Assembly (NCBI GenBank): GCA_002269645.1
Contig: NIVC01002725.1
Coordinates: forward strand, 1 to 64,000
Reading direction: 5' to 3'
Length of the DNA: 64,000 nucleotides
From: Macrostomum lignano
Lineage: Eukaryota
Shown: positions 23,545 through 41,400 of the stretch, piece after piece
Numbering within the stretch: the first letter of the stretch is position 1
Layout of the letters: each line of letters starts with the position of its first letter
The notes under the pieces: generated by a model
Told to the model about the DNA's origin: nothing
The model's input: only the letters and a program-made list of their open reading frames with translations
Database searches by the model: none
Program-made: the position numbers and the translations under genes

Positions 23545-24500
23545 GCTATAGTGCTGTGCTGGGGAGAATCACTGAGACGTCAAGGCTCACAGAGAATAAT
23601 TGAGATTACAGGGGGGTTTCTGAGATGTTAAAGCAAAAGTCAGAAGCTACTTCAAAGTACATGTACTTTACTTAAGTTTTTTATTGCATTCTTTGTTGGC
23701 TCGCCACGGGGGGCGCTGATAGAAGAAGAGTCATGTAAAAATAAAAGGAGCACTATGTATACATAAAATAAAAGTCATGTCAAAGTTAAAAGATTCATTT
23801 GGGAATTGCTACGATGTCAAAGCTTGGAGGGAATCGTTATAGTGCTGTGATTCTTAAAGAAGGAATCACTTAAATGCCAAGGCTTAGGGAAGAAGAATTG
23901 CTGTGATTTCAAGGCTTTAGGTTGGGTGAAAGTTAGGTTTACGTCAGGTTTGGGTTGAGGGTTAGATTTTAGCGCGTTTCAAGGTTAACAGGGGATTTTT
24001 TAGATTTCAAGGTTTATGGGGGGCATCGCTGACATGTCAAGGCTTACGAGGGGAATCTATCTATCTATCTATCTATAGCTGAGATGTCAAGGCTCACGGG
24101 GGAATAAATGAGATGTCAAGGCTAATGTCAGAAGCTACATGTAGTTTATTGGAAAAAAGTTATTACATTATTTGTTGGCTCCTCACGGGAGGGATCGCTG
24201 ATAGAAAAAGCGTAATGTAAAAAAAAGAAGCTTCATGTCGAAGTTAAGAGATTCATTTGGGAATCCCTACGATGTCGAGGCTTGCAGGGAATCGCTATAA
24301 TGCTGTAGTAGTGCTATAGACTCTTAGAGAGAATTACTGAAATTTCAATGCTTTAGGGTTAGGGTTAGGGTTAGAAAGTAGACAGATTTTTTAAGATTTC
24401 AAGGCTTATGGGAGCATCGCTGAGATGTCAAGGGGGGAGTTGATATGTTAAGGCTTGTGGGGGGGATTGCTGACATGTCAAGGCTTACAAGGGTACTGGT
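23545..24500. repeat. Old degenerate ~500-bp tandem duplication containing a short (TTAGGG)3 tract at 24353-24374
   Basis: Blocks such as GTCAGAAGCTAC, TTGTTGGCTC and GATTCATTTGGGAAT..CTACGATGTC recur ~470-490 bp apart. Confidence 0.6.
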
Positions 24501-24797
24501 AGCGTACTGAAGCATACTGGTAGAAGTAGCTCTGAAAGAAGGCAAGTATGGTTGAATTTCATTGTCTGTTATAAAATTCTGCACAAACATGTTTTATTGG
24601 TACATAAGCCTGGAATTAAAATGAGAATTCGATTCCTAGCCCCCCTCCCTAAGAATTTTTTTTTCATTTTAAAGGATTCGTCCCTTGCTTATTGGCCACC
24701 CCGAAGGGGGGCGCTAGATTGCTAGTATATATCCAAATATAGCAAGGCAAGCTGTATAAACTAAGTTTATATAATATTATATAGCCTAGCAATAAAC

Positions 24798-25033
24798 CAG
24801 TGGCGTAGCCAGGGGGACCAAGGGGGGGGTGCCCCCCCAATTGCCTAAGGGGGTGGGGTTGGGCACAATGGGTACCAAAAACCATAAGGCAATTGACTGC
24901 CTGCGGCACTAAAATAAGTGCCTGCAGCACCAAAATAAGTGCATGCAACACCAAAAGTGGCAATGGCATAAGGCATGGCCAGCCAGGCCAACCCTCCTCT
25001 TCCTACTAATTAAAATTCTTGGCTATGCCATTG
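24798..25033. mobile_element. MITE with terminal inverted repeats CAGTGGCGTAGCC...GGCTATGCCATTG
   Basis: 13-bp imperfect TIR (11/13); no clear target-site duplication. Confidence 0.55.
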
Positions 25034-25067
25034 TAATAGACAAGATAATGGGCTATAATATAAGAGA

Positions 25068-25319
25068 CTATGTCAAGCTATGAAATAGCACTAAAAACTT
25101 TATTTGCAACTTCAGCTGGAATTGAATAAGACCAAGGTTGAAAAATAAATATTTTAATTTTACACAAGAGTTTTATACACCAATAAGGGGCTTAATATAA
25201 GGGGCTATGTCAAGCTATGAAATAGCACTAAAAACTTTATTTGCAACTTCAGCTAGAATTGAATAAGACTAAAGTTAAAAATACATGTTTTAATTTTACA
25301 CAAGAGTTTTATACACCAA
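25068..25319. repeat. Direct repeat of ~116 bp, period 137 bp
   Basis: CTATGTCAAGCTATGAAATAGCACTAAAAAC...TTTTATACACCAA at 25068 and 25205. Confidence 0.9.
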
Positions 25320-26415
25320 CCCAACATAATATAGCATTTTTATATGAATAAAATTTATGACCCCTTGGCCTTAGTTGGAGCCCAAAAAATTTTCCACAAG
25401 GCAAATTTTGCCTTGTAACCATTTTTGACATAAACTAGCTTTTAGAATGAATAAAGTGTCCCCCTCCCCTCAAAATTTTCTAGACCCCCATCTGCTAGCT
25501 ATTGAATCAATTAAAAACTATTTTAAGAAATTTATTCATATATTATATGTTTTATATATTCATAATTTTTCATTAGCATCAGCCTTATCAAAACAAAAGG
25601 ATGCAAAAAATTATTTTATGCAGGAATTAGGCTCAAGTGAAACAGTGGTGAAAATTAACAAATAACCAAGTTATTTATATTTATATTATATTATATTAAA
25701 AATATTATATTTTTTTAATTAAAAGTAATAAATTATGTTATGCAGACACAGGCCCTGGCGTATAGCTCGTAGGTTGGTCAATTATAACCACGTTAATTAT
25801 TAATTTTAAAGCCTTCTAAATTAGTGCGTTAAATAGTTCGAATTATAAGCTTACCTTTAATAGATAAAAAAACTTATTTCCTAATTAATAAAAACCTATT
25901 TAACTGAATTTTAGGCTATATTATCTTCTAAATTATATTTTGCAAATAATTATAAACTTGGCTTGTTAAACTAAAAGAAATAATAAAAAAATTTCGAATT
26001 TGAAGATTTCGAAAATGAAAATGCGCCATAAGTAGTATCCATAAGTATCACTTCTCAGTAACTGGCCGCGCTAGGCCTAGGGTCTTAAGGTCTTTAAGGC
26101 ATCTTTAAGACTTTATACCTTACCTGGCACTGCCTGTCTCCACGTATACACAGTTTAAAAAACTTTAGCCTCAGATTCAACCAGAGTTGCATGTTTCAAT
26201 TGATTAATTTATTACACTACAGTTATGTAACTTTTAATTGTTTGGTAGGCCTACGTTTTGTCTTTTGATATATATTGCCAATTAATCTAAATCTGATTTT
26301 ATTCTACTAGTCCTAATTTTCATCTGCTATAGGCTCTACCTCTTCTCAGTAGTCATTGGCAAGGTGAAAAAATATGTTTATTTTTTTTTATGTTAGGCCC
26401 AACTTCAATTCAAAG

Positions 26416-27250
26416 ACGAGTATGACTTTGGCTGTCAACTATTCCGTCAACTATTCCATCAACATTTCGTGTTAGTAGGATAAATAACTTTGTCAACTTT
26501 TCCATCAACTATTCCATCAACTTTTCTGTTAACTTTTCCGTCAAGTATTCCATTAAATTTTTCCATTAACTCTTCTGTCAACATTTCTGCTTACAATTCC
26601 ATTAACTCTTCTGTCAACATTTCTGCTTACAATTCCATTAACTTTTCTACCAAATAAGCCTATCTTATCACTTTTCCATTAACTATTTCATCAACATGTA
26701 TGCAAGTCCGTAAAATATTCTATCAAATTATTTGTGTCCTCTAAATGAAAAGTGATAATTTTTTGCACAAGTGCAGTTTCCTTTGCAATTTTTTATATTT
26801 GCTTTAAATTTGTTGAGTATATATGTACATATATAAATTATAAATAAAAAACACATGCAAAAATTTCCAGCGCAACATGTTCCAGAATTTAATTGGCATT
26901 ACTACACTACCTGCACTACAACATCTGTACTTGTTCATTGATTTATCTTTGTAAAATAAAGCACTAGTACTAGGGAAAATGGAAAAGATGCACATTGTTA
27001 CTAATGCAGGCTTGTTTTTTCATTGATATATAAGCATGCAAACACAATAAATGATCAAAGAGCTACTCGCATGATGATCCTATTTGAGAAAGTCACATGT
27101 TTTTCAGCACAATAAATTGTTGATGGAAAAGTTGACAGAATACTTGACAGAAAAGTTGACAGAAAAGTTAATGGAAAAGTTAATAGAAAAGTTGATGGAA
27201 AAGTTAGCAGAAAAGTTGATGGAAAAGTTGATAGCCAAAGTTATACTTGT
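26416..27250. mobile_element. Foldback-type element: 25-bp TIR plus arms of 12-bp subrepeats in inverted orientation
   Basis: ACGAGTATGACTTTGGCTGTCAACT (26416) versus reverse complement of 27226-27250 (22/25). Left arm (TATTCCATCAAC)n, right arm (AGTTGATGGAAA)n. Confidence 0.7.
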
Positions 27251-27934
27251 ATTCAAAGTCAAATTTTATATTTCAAATAAATTTTTTTAAGTTCTTAACT
27301 TTTAGATGTAGGCCTATTCTAATGCTTAGGTATTAATTTTATTCCTAGTTATATAAAAGATAGATAACTAAGTCAATTAGTGTTAAGGACTTAGTAAGGG
27401 CCTAGTGACTTGCCAATATGCCAATGGGGAAAGAGCCTAGGCTATAAAAGGCAAACTAAGTAAAAATTATATTTTACTTAGTTATTATTAAAAATATTTT
27501 TATTTATTAAAAATTATATATCTAGGGAAAACTTTTTAAATAAAAAATTAAAAAAATATATTTATTTGGCTTTTATTCATTGAGTCATTAAGTAAGGTCA
27601 AAGTGGTAATAAACTATTATCTTTTTTATAAAATAAAGGTTATTTTAAGAACTGTGGCAAAAATATGTGCTTTTGTTTATTGTATGTCTTTTGTATGTGT
27701 CTTTTGATATTCTAATATAATTTTACAAAATATTTTTAATAGTCATAATCATATAATAACCTACAACCAATTTAGATATACAATTTTTAGAAAAACATTA
27801 TTTTTGTTGGCATCATTCTACATGCAATATGAGTAGGCCTAGGTCTATAAAATGAGTAAAATATATGCAAGGCTTTCAATTTTTTGGTATACTAATTTTA
27901 CCAAGAGACTTGATTAGTCCTATCCTATTGCATG

Positions 27935-28740
27935 TGTTGTGTCTTAGCCTGATGGCCGCTGGATAGGTCAGGGTTTAGGTCCCCCCCACCTGAGACACCC
28001 TAGTCCCAGCCCTCTACCCTGGCTACTCTTACATGCCCCTCGCTCGGCTAGGCAAGAGTTTGCCAGACCAACCACCCTAAGATCAGCAAGTGTTCACTGG
28101 TCCCAGGTCCCTAATAGCTCCTGGCCCCACGCGGCAACCTGAAAGATAAAAGCACGCGCTCACCTCTGCATTTACAGACTTATCTGCAAAGTGTTTATTG
28201 GCGCAAAGCAGAACAGTCAGCAATTGCAGGAGTTACAACAAGTTATTAGCTTGCAGAGAGCAGGTTTGTAGGATGACACCAAAGAAACGGAAAGGAATAC
28301 AAAAAGATGTAGGGTGCAGCATGCTCAGGGTGGGCCCTTAAATAATATTGTACACAAACAAGGGGGAGGGGTAGGGAGAGGGCAAGCCAAACTCTGGGGC
28401 CCAGCTGGCTTATCAGCCAGCCAGCCAATGCAAGCAGCCCTAGGGTGAGATAGGACAAAGAGGGAGGAATAGGGCAAGCACCTAGATTAGACAAGAATTG
28501 GGACAGGGGGCTGGGTGCAGAAAAGGCTAGGCCAGGGTTAAGGCTTATGCCTCTTACAAACCCTGGCCTGGGCGCAAGACAAGGGACAAGGCAGGGTGGC
28601 ATGAAAAAATGAAAACAAGGCCAAAATACACAAGTGCAGCCCAACAGATGCCATATTAGAATAAATTTTCGAGTATAATTTTGGCTATAAACTTTACCAT
28701 CAATAGTTTCATTTATTTTTCTCATGCTTAGGTGCAACCT
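27935..28740 (-). mobile_element. Possible solo LTR (TGTTG...CAACA-type termini)
   Basis: Higher-GC island in AT-rich DNA; plus strand starts TGTTGTGTC and ends GTGCAAC(C); minus strand has TATTTAAGGG (~28340) followed by AATAAA (~28197). No TSD found. Confidence 0.4.
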
Positions 28741-28871
28741 AGGGATTCACCTGGCCATTTCTATTGGCAACATACATAAATTGCTATTGAATAGAATAGT
28801 AGTCACGTGACTGCTCTCAGCCAATAGTGACTTATATGTGTGTGTTGCCAATAGAAATGGCTAAGTTGTAC

Positions 28872-30073
28872 ATGTATGATTTTTTCTATCAACTATTCCA
28901 TTTAATTTTCCATCAACTTTTCTGTCAACTATTCCATTAACTATTCTATCAACTTTTCTATTGACTTTTCTGTCAACTTTTGCCTCAACTTTTCTATTAT
29001 TCTTTATACTATTTGCATATTTGTCTTTGAAAATTATTGAACTACATTATTGGTATTTTTAATTCAATTTTTTTTAAATGCACAAAAGCATTTCCATTTT
29101 TTGCTTTAATGTACACTTATTAGTTATATTTCCAATTTTTTTGTTTTTAAATGCATTTACAGAGGCATTATCATTGAGGGAAGCAAAGAAAAACTATGGG
29201 CCCATAGAGACATATGCCAACAATGTACTTTATTTGTCCTTCCCCTAACCCCATCTTGTAAAATGTTATGGTAATCAATAATTTTGTTTAAGGAAGGCAA
29301 CAAAACATAGTGCTTGCAGTGCCATAATGAGCATTGACAATACCAATTCTAAAAATAATGTACATGTAGGAATTTAAGTCATAAAATGTACATATAAAAT
29401 TCTTGGCTCTATCCCTCAATTTCTAGTCCTTACCATATAATCCATGCATGGTCAATGCCATTGGTGCATGTTTTTAGTATACATCATCTTTATGCATTTC
29501 ATATACATGTATATATATATAGATCAACTACATGCACATATAGCAAGGCAACATGCAATATTTTCATTAAATATGCACCACATTATTATAAGACATACAT
29601 GTATATAACAATATAAATATATGTACAAATAGATAAACAATACATGTACAATTGCAATACAAATTAACAAGTATACAATGTATACATATATACAAATAGT
29701 AAGCAGAAATATCATTTAACTTCTCTAGCATATATTTTGTACTATAAATTTTAGCATTTTTTATTTATCTTCAATTTAAGCATGCAAAAAATTTGCAAGG
29801 GAAATTAAAAAAATATCACATTCAATCCATTTGGTACATGGCCAGAAAAGTTGACAGAATAGTTAACAGAATAGTTGTTAGAAAAGTTGACAGAATAGTT
29901 GATAAAATATTTGACAGAATAGTTGATAAAATATTTGACAGAAAAGTTTATGGAAGAGTAAACAGAAAAGTTGACAAAAAATTGATAGATAAAGTTTTAT
30001 ATCCATCTTACTAGAAAAGTTTATGGAAAAATAAATGGAAAACTTGATAGAAAAGTAAATGGAAGTTATACTT
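28872..30073. mobile_element. Second foldback element of the same family as 26416-27250
   Basis: Left arm (TTTTCTATCAAC)n 28880-29000, right arm (AAAAGTTGACAG)n 29845-30060; right end AAGTTATACTT identical to the first element. Confidence 0.6.
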
Positions 30074-31311
30074 ATAATTTTCAAATATGATAATTGGCCA
30101 AAATGCATAGATATTTGCACTAGTGTTCTGCCATAAGGAGGGTCTATGTACCATAGCCATAGCCGTAAGCAAAACTATGGCTTATTCCAATTCTCCATAT
30201 TCCGTAGCCGTAGAGACCCCCTAATATTACCATATTCCCATAGTTCCTATAGCCATAGTCATAGTTTTAACAAAAAGTCTAGGAAACAAACATTTTAAAT
30301 CAGGAAGATAACTGGTTGCTTAAACAATTGAAAATTAAGGTAGAAAATAAAACAAACACTCCATTGCCTTTATAAGATTTTCTTTCATCTTTTTACAAAG
30401 AGTAACGATACTAATCACTACTAAAAGTACTAATGCTAAACTTTTCACATTAATAAAAGTTAGAGTTTGCTAGTGTTTTATTGTACTTTATTAGGTATAA
30501 TCTAAGTTTCTATGTCTATAATATAGTTTACCAAAGTATCTTTGTTTTACTCTACTTGTTTCTAATTTTTTAATTATTAACTGCAGCTATAGGAATCTAT
30601 GGAATATGACAGCAACTACCATATTTCTATAGTCATAGCCATAAGAGCAGCTATCTACTGTAGACGTATCTACAGTAGCTAAAGATTTACTTTTTCTAAA
30701 GCACACTAATTTGCACTATCTCTTATTTGGGAATATTTGCTCAGCTTTTGCACTTAGCAAACTTTGCCACTTATGTGCTTAGCTATGATAGACTAAGTCT
30801 ATCATAAGCTATGATGCTATATACAGCATTGTAGTATTCCTTTTCTCTTTTGTGTATCATATTGCCATCATACTGCAAAAAATGGCATAATTTCCAATAG
30901 GGCTTGAAACAAATTCAAACAAAAACAAAATTCAGATTCATTAATAGTCTATAAAATTGTTTTATTGATCCATCATAAATATAAATTGTTGTTGTTACAA
31001 CTTAAAAATCCATTATACTATAAGATAGGTGACTACAAACCTGGATAGCAATAGAGGTTATACTTTAGTGCTTATTTAGCCAACTTCAACCTATTAAGTA
31101 TTAGATAAAATTTGCAAAACAAATGCCAAGATATAAAGGTATGAAATTGTTTGCAATGTGGTTTCTTTTTAACTGATTTTTCAATCTTCATTACAGTAAG
31201 AGTGTTTAATTCAATGCAACTAGCATTGAATTTGCTATAAAGCTATTGAAAAAACTAGTTGGAATTGGTAGTTTTATAACCTATCTTGTTCTAAAGTGTT
31301 TATATCAAGCC

Positions 31312-35689
<4,378 letters not shown>

Positions 35690-37029
35690 CCTTTTTAGTT
35701 TAGGGCGATGATGATCAATTAAACTTTATTGTGTCGAATTTGTTGAGCCAGATCGTCTAAAGCTCTCTATCGCAAAGGGGATTAGGCAGTGTTTTTTTCC
35801 TGTAAGAAATCGTGCGCATAGTCAATTGGTATTGTTTACTTTTCTTTATCCAACGGCATTATTATTATTATTCACTCAACTGTCTTTTTTCTATTGTTTA
35901 AAACAAAACAAAATATGCTAATTTTCAAAAAATATTATTAAAGTTCACTTTGACATTAAAATCTAACTTAAGAGTACAATCCGTGTACTTTAAACCCGCG
36001 AGTCTGTGGCGAGATAAATTCAAACGTAAATTCAGAGACGGCACCGTTGGCCTTTGTATTTATTGTAGAAAGTTGTGCCGTTCTGCTTTGCATGACTTTT
36101 TTCCTATTTCTTTGCTTTAAAATTTGTTCATAAAAAGACAGTCTGGCTTTTGCAAAGCGCTTAATACTCGTATTATTCTTGTTCAAAAAACGCACATTTG
36201 ATTTAGGTTGAGTAATAGCGTCCACATTGTTGTTGCATTTTTCTTTTGAGTTCGAATTTATTATAGTTCGGCTCGTTATTCTATCCAGTTAATGCAAAAC
36301 CGCGAATCAATGTCCATGAAACTGGTAATTTGTTTAAATGAAAGAGTGCCGGCTTTTTTACATCCTGAGTGCCGCTGGTTATATAAGCAAGAAGCAGATA
36401 CAAAAATTTGTTTTCAAGCCCGAGGCACGCGTATTTGACTAGAATGTGCATTAAATTTGACCTAGTTTCATTCTATTCCAACAAAAATATAAAACATTTT
36501 TGCAATGGTCTTACAACCACAGAATGAGAAGTTGTACGTTGGATCTGTATCAAATTTATTTGCATATTTATTATATATTAATATATTCATAAAAACTTCC
36601 TGAATATGGAAATCAATTCGTTTATTAATTTAGTATTTCTTCAAATGTCTGCGTCTTCTTAGTTTTATTTCTTATTAGCAAAAAAATTCTCATCGAATGG
36701 GACGCTGCAAGGGTTCCCTGCGATTTTTCAATTTTATTTCGCTGTGCGCTGAATATAAGCCACACATCACCCGGCTATGTTTAAGAGCAAACATTTTTAC
36801 ATGGATCTACATCTGTATTGATCAATAATACTAAATGATACAAATTTCTCACTAGTGTTCTGGAATATCGAAGCAGAACGTATCCAATCTCAGTCGACGG
36901 AGTTAAAATTATGTATTAGGTAGTGCATTTTTAGTTGCAGATAGTTGCGCATTTAATAAAAGTTTTAAGATTTATTAGTTTAAATAGAAAGCTTAATATC
37001 AACACTTGAATATGATTGCAATTTCTAAC

Positions 37030-37070
37030 AACTTCAACGCGTTTCGCACGCCATTGTGCATCGTCAGGTC
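37030..37070 (-). ncRNA. Candidate minimal type I hammerhead ribozyme with intact core
   Basis: Minus strand: C-CUGACGA-U-GCAC-AAUGGC-GUGC-GAAA-CGCGUU-GAAG: core CUGANGA, stem II, GAAA, palindromic ACGCGU stem III; stem I very short. Confidence 0.6.
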
Positions 37071-38023
37071 TTCCGTAAGAAAAGCTTTACCAATCTCATT
37101 CTCAACTTCCAAGCCACTTGCTCCAGACAATGGAAAACTGGGCTCGTGAGGTGTTTGCTCCATAGAGCTTTCAGTACCTGTAACACCTGGATCAACTTTG
37201 ACCGGGAGGTGCAGTTCCTCACCAGACTGTTCCATCAAAATGACTACCCCGTTTGTCTGGTTCAAAAATCATCAACAAGTTCATCTCAAACCTTAAAAAA
37301 CAGAATTCGTAGGTTATTCTTTGCCTCTTTCAATCGTAACATCCAGGTCGTCTTCCACACGAACAAGATTGGGAACTTTGTTAGCAGATTAAAGTCGCGT
37401 GTTCCTTGCACTCTGCGTGCAGGGTGTTGTCTACCAATTTAACTGCTCTGTGGACCAGAGCGTCTCCTATGTGGGGAAAACCAAAATTGACACCTACACA
37501 CGAGGATCAGAGAACACTGGCTCAAACCATCTGCTATACAAACTCACCTCCTTGAATGCACTAACTGCAATGACTGCAAACCGGAAGAACACTTTAAAAT
37601 CATTGACCAAAGCCATACTGACGCCAAACTTAGAATTCTCGAGGCCCTGCACATAAAAGCTCAGACCCGAATCTCAACACCCAATTACAACATAGTGGTG
37701 CAGGTCACGTTCTCCGCGTTTTCTGAACAGTGAGTGACACAGTCGTGTACGCTGTGTACACTTAACTTGACGTTCAATTACATGTACTTAAGCTACCGCC
37801 CTGATTCTGCCTTTTGACCATGCACTGAACAAGAATTGTGTACATTTGGTTTAATTTTCAATCTCAACCTATAATTTTCTCTCCTACCTACCTATGTAAT
37901 GTTGTTAAAGCCAAGTTGTAATCAATTGTTTTCAATCTTACCCTCCTTACCTGTGTACGTTGCAAAAACCAATATTTAATCAATATCGTTTTCAATCTCA
38001 CTTTCTCAAATCGTTCTAATAAA

Positions 38024-38064
38024 ATCCTGACAATGCACCATGGCGTGCGAAACGCGTTGAAGTT
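38024..38064 (+). ncRNA. Hammerhead-like motif, degenerate copy (core CUGACAA)
   Basis: CCTGACAATGCACCATGGCGTGCGAAACGCGTTGAAG; G-to-A change in the CUGANGA box predicts loss of activity. Confidence 0.4.
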
Positions 38065-38346
38065 GTTAGAAATTGCAATCATATTCAAATTTTGATATTA
38101 AGCTTTCTATTTATTCTTCTCGCCAAGCGAGCGACTCTACCAGCATTTTATTAGTTTAGATTCTTTGGTCGCGTGTCTCTCACTGCTGTTTAGTTTATTA
38201 GCGTAAACTAGATGATGATGATGACACAATTTTTTCCCTCTCAATAAACTATAAATGTACACACTTCTATAAGCTACCTTTTTTGCTAACTAGCAAGTTT
38301 TTTTCTCGAGTAAAAATAATTTGTTTTGTTATGTAGCTGGGGACAA

Positions 38347-38391
38347 TATAAATGCGCGCACCAATTTAAGTTTGTTTGTTACCTTAGCTAC
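38347..38391 (+). promoter_or_regulatory. Putative promoter of the 337-aa gene: TATA-like, Fox-like and X-box-like motifs
   Basis: TATAAAT ~38348-38354, TGTTTGTT 38373-38380, GTTACCTTAGCTAC 38378-38391 (one mismatch to GTNRCC-N-RGYAAC), 50-95 nt upstream of the ATG. Confidence 0.35.
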
Positions 38392-38441
38392 CAGTGACAG
38401 TCTGACATAGGGTCTTTACTACTTTAGTAGTCTGCCCTGCC

Positions 38442-41400
38442 ATGTCTACTACTATTGAGCGCGATCTTAGCATGACTGCTAAGCGCATGCCCACAAATGA
38501 TCTGTTTCAAACAAGCGCAGGAGTTGGCCACCATTGGCGACCAGGATACTACTTTCCTGATTCAGGTTTTACGGTAAGCTTTATAATGATAAAACTGTCT
38601 TTAACTGTTACGTTTTAATTCATTATGGAGCAATTGATGTAGTAGAAATCGTATATGATTAAAGCATTATTATAACATAGAATTATTATTTTAACTGTAT
38701 TTCCGTTGCGTAAATTCTATATTGTGCAAAGTTTATATTGTGTACATTGTATATTGTGTATAGTCTTTAAGATAGGCCTATTCACCTGACACTTTGTTGA
38801 TTATATACAGAAACTTTATCTCTCAGTATTATAAACATAGTTTAATAGTAGAACACTTAGAACTTTTTGTGTTTGTATGTATTTTATCACTTGACAAAAA
38901 TGATCTTTTTATTATTTCGACTTGTCTATGACCTGTGATTAGCATTGCAGAATTAGTACATTAGGATTAGTTGTAAGTTAAAAAGCCTATGCAACTTCCA
39001 ATGTGAAAAAAATTCAAATAATTTTTATGTCTTCCAATTAGTTTTAATCGTTGTGTCTGCATTTTTTCAATAAAAAGCAATTAAATTTAAATCTACTATT
39101 TTAATTAGGACTTTAAGACCAAAGACTTTAAGACCATAATTTAAGACCAAATTAAATGTAAATATTTTAAGACTTGGCACTTTTAAATCAAATTACTGAC
39201 AAATTTTGAGAACAAATATTGTTCTTTTTTTACACACTCATCATTATGTTTGCAGTGATAATTTCTTGTAGGAACCAAATTATTTTAGAATGCAAAAATG
39301 TAAATGATTATTCATTTATTCAATTTTTATATTTTAACCATCTATTTAAAATGCTTTCTTAGCCTAAATGCTATTGTTTAAATTTTTAGGCCGCATCGAC
39401 CCAGCCTCTGCCTGACGAGCTGACCAGACCTTCTAGAGTGCGACCAGATGAGCTGTACACGACCACAAGTGCCAGCGCTCACGAGCCGAAGAGGCCCACA
39501 GCCCCACTAAATCGCGACATTGAGTTTAAGCGTGCCCCGGCTCTGTACAATGTGCACTTTCTGAAGGATCACAAAGAGAAGGTGCACACTTAGAGTTGAA
39601 AAATCTACAATCGATTTAATGGATTGCATCATTTCTCAGATAGATTTGGTAGATTGCATCATTTCTCAGATAGATTTGGTAGATTGCATCATTTCTCAGA
39701 TAGATTTGGTAGACTGCATCATTTCTCAGATAGATTTGGTAGATTGCATCATTTCTCAGATAGATTTGGTAGATTGCATCATTTCTCAGATAGATTTGGT
39801 AGATTGCATCATTTCTCAGATAGATTTGGTAGATTGCATCATTTCTCAGATAGATTGCATCATTTCTCAGATAGATTTGGTAGATTGCATCATTTCTCAG
39901 ATAGATTTGGTAGATTGCATCATTTCTCAGATAGATTTGGTAGATTGCATCATTTCTGAGATAGATTTGGTAGACTGCATCATTTCTCAGATAGATTTGG
40001 TAGACTGCATCATTTCTCAGATAGATTTGGTAGACTGCATCATTTCTCAGATAGATTTGGTAGATTGCATCATTTCTCAGATAGATTTGGTAGACTGCAT
40101 CATTTCTCAGATAGATTTGGTAGACTGCATCATTTCTCAGATAGATTTGGTAGACTGCATCATTTCTCAGATAGATTTGGTAGATTGCATCATTTCTCAG
40201 ATAGATTTGGTAGACTGCATCATTTCTCAGATAGATTTGGTAGACTGCATCATTTCTCAGATAGATTTGGTAGACTGCATCATTTCTGAGATAGATTTGG
40301 TAGATTGCATCATTTCTCAGATAGATTTGGTAGATTGCATCATTTCTCAGATAGATTTGGTAGATTGCATCATTTCTGAGATAGATTTGGTAGACTGCAT
40401 CATTTCTCAGATAGATTTGGTAGACTGCATCATTTCTCAGATAGATTTGGTAGATTGCATCATTTCTCAAATGTCTCGCGAAATGTCCAATCGCGAAACA
40501 AGCAAGAATCAAACCAACGACCCTATATTTCTTTCTCAGCTGGGTCACGGTGGCTGGCGCCGGCCCCTCAGCCCGAGTCACCAGCTCACGGAGACCCAGG
40601 AAGAATTCCGTAACCAGCCACCCCTAAGCGAGCCAAACACCTGGGGCAGCAAGCCGCAGCCATTCCTGCTCAGGTAAGTATTTTCCATACAACTGTATCC
40701 GGAAGTCACTCTTTCTGTTCTTGAAGACCTTGAAGATCGTTGACCAATGTCCCATCGTACCAGGGACCATCACGGCGAAGGCTCCACTAAATTGGGCGTC
40801 GCCTCAACGCAGAATCCCAAGCTGAAAGGTCGCCCGCTGTTCCCCAAGGACAAGGAGGTGCTCAGGGGCCTGGACATGTACCTAACCACCAACGATCGAG
40901 CTCACCGCCGATTCGATCCCAAGGAGTTGTCGGGCTACGCCAAGAAGGACATTGCCACCTACTGGGACTGCGAGGAATATCCTAAGGCCTGGGGCCACGG
41001 GCCTCACGAGAAGTGAGTTCAGTGTCATGCGATTCTGCCTACTCCTCCGGTGACTCCTGAGCACGTCCAAATGCACCAATACTGTACGCAGGCACAGCAC
41101 TCATGCACACGCGCATACAGGATTTTTTGCAGCGGTGCCAGCACCCCAACTCCAACCCCAACCCTAACAGCAACTCGAACTCCAACTCTAGCACCAACAC
41201 CAACCCCAACACCAACATCAACTACAACCCCAATCCCAACACCAACCCTAACCTCAACCCCAACCCCCTCATAAAACCCCAAAACCAACCCCCAAAACCA
41301 ACCCCAACATCAACTACAACCCCAAACCCGACACCAACCCAACACCACCCCAACACCAACACCAACCCAACACCAACACCAACCCAACACCAAACCAACA

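Larger units (their letters stand above)
36981..38113 (+). mobile_element. 5'-truncated, decayed Penelope-like retroelement (RT C-terminus + GIY-YIG endonuclease + 3' pLTR) with an inverted copy of the pLTR end at its 5' side
   Basis: VFRKKSFTNLILNF..WKTGLVRCLLHRAF..NDYP (PLE RT thumb pattern); GVVYQFNCS..SYVGKT.(frameshift)RHLHTRIREH..LRILEALHI (GIY-YIG); 88-bp inverted repeat 36981-37068 / 38026-38113. Confidence 0.88.

Noticed and set aside
39616-40677. 321-352-aa repetitive ORFs on both strands
   Set aside because: A 30-bp unit gives stop-free frames; the array lies in an intron of the 337-aa gene and only 40540-40673 is exonic.
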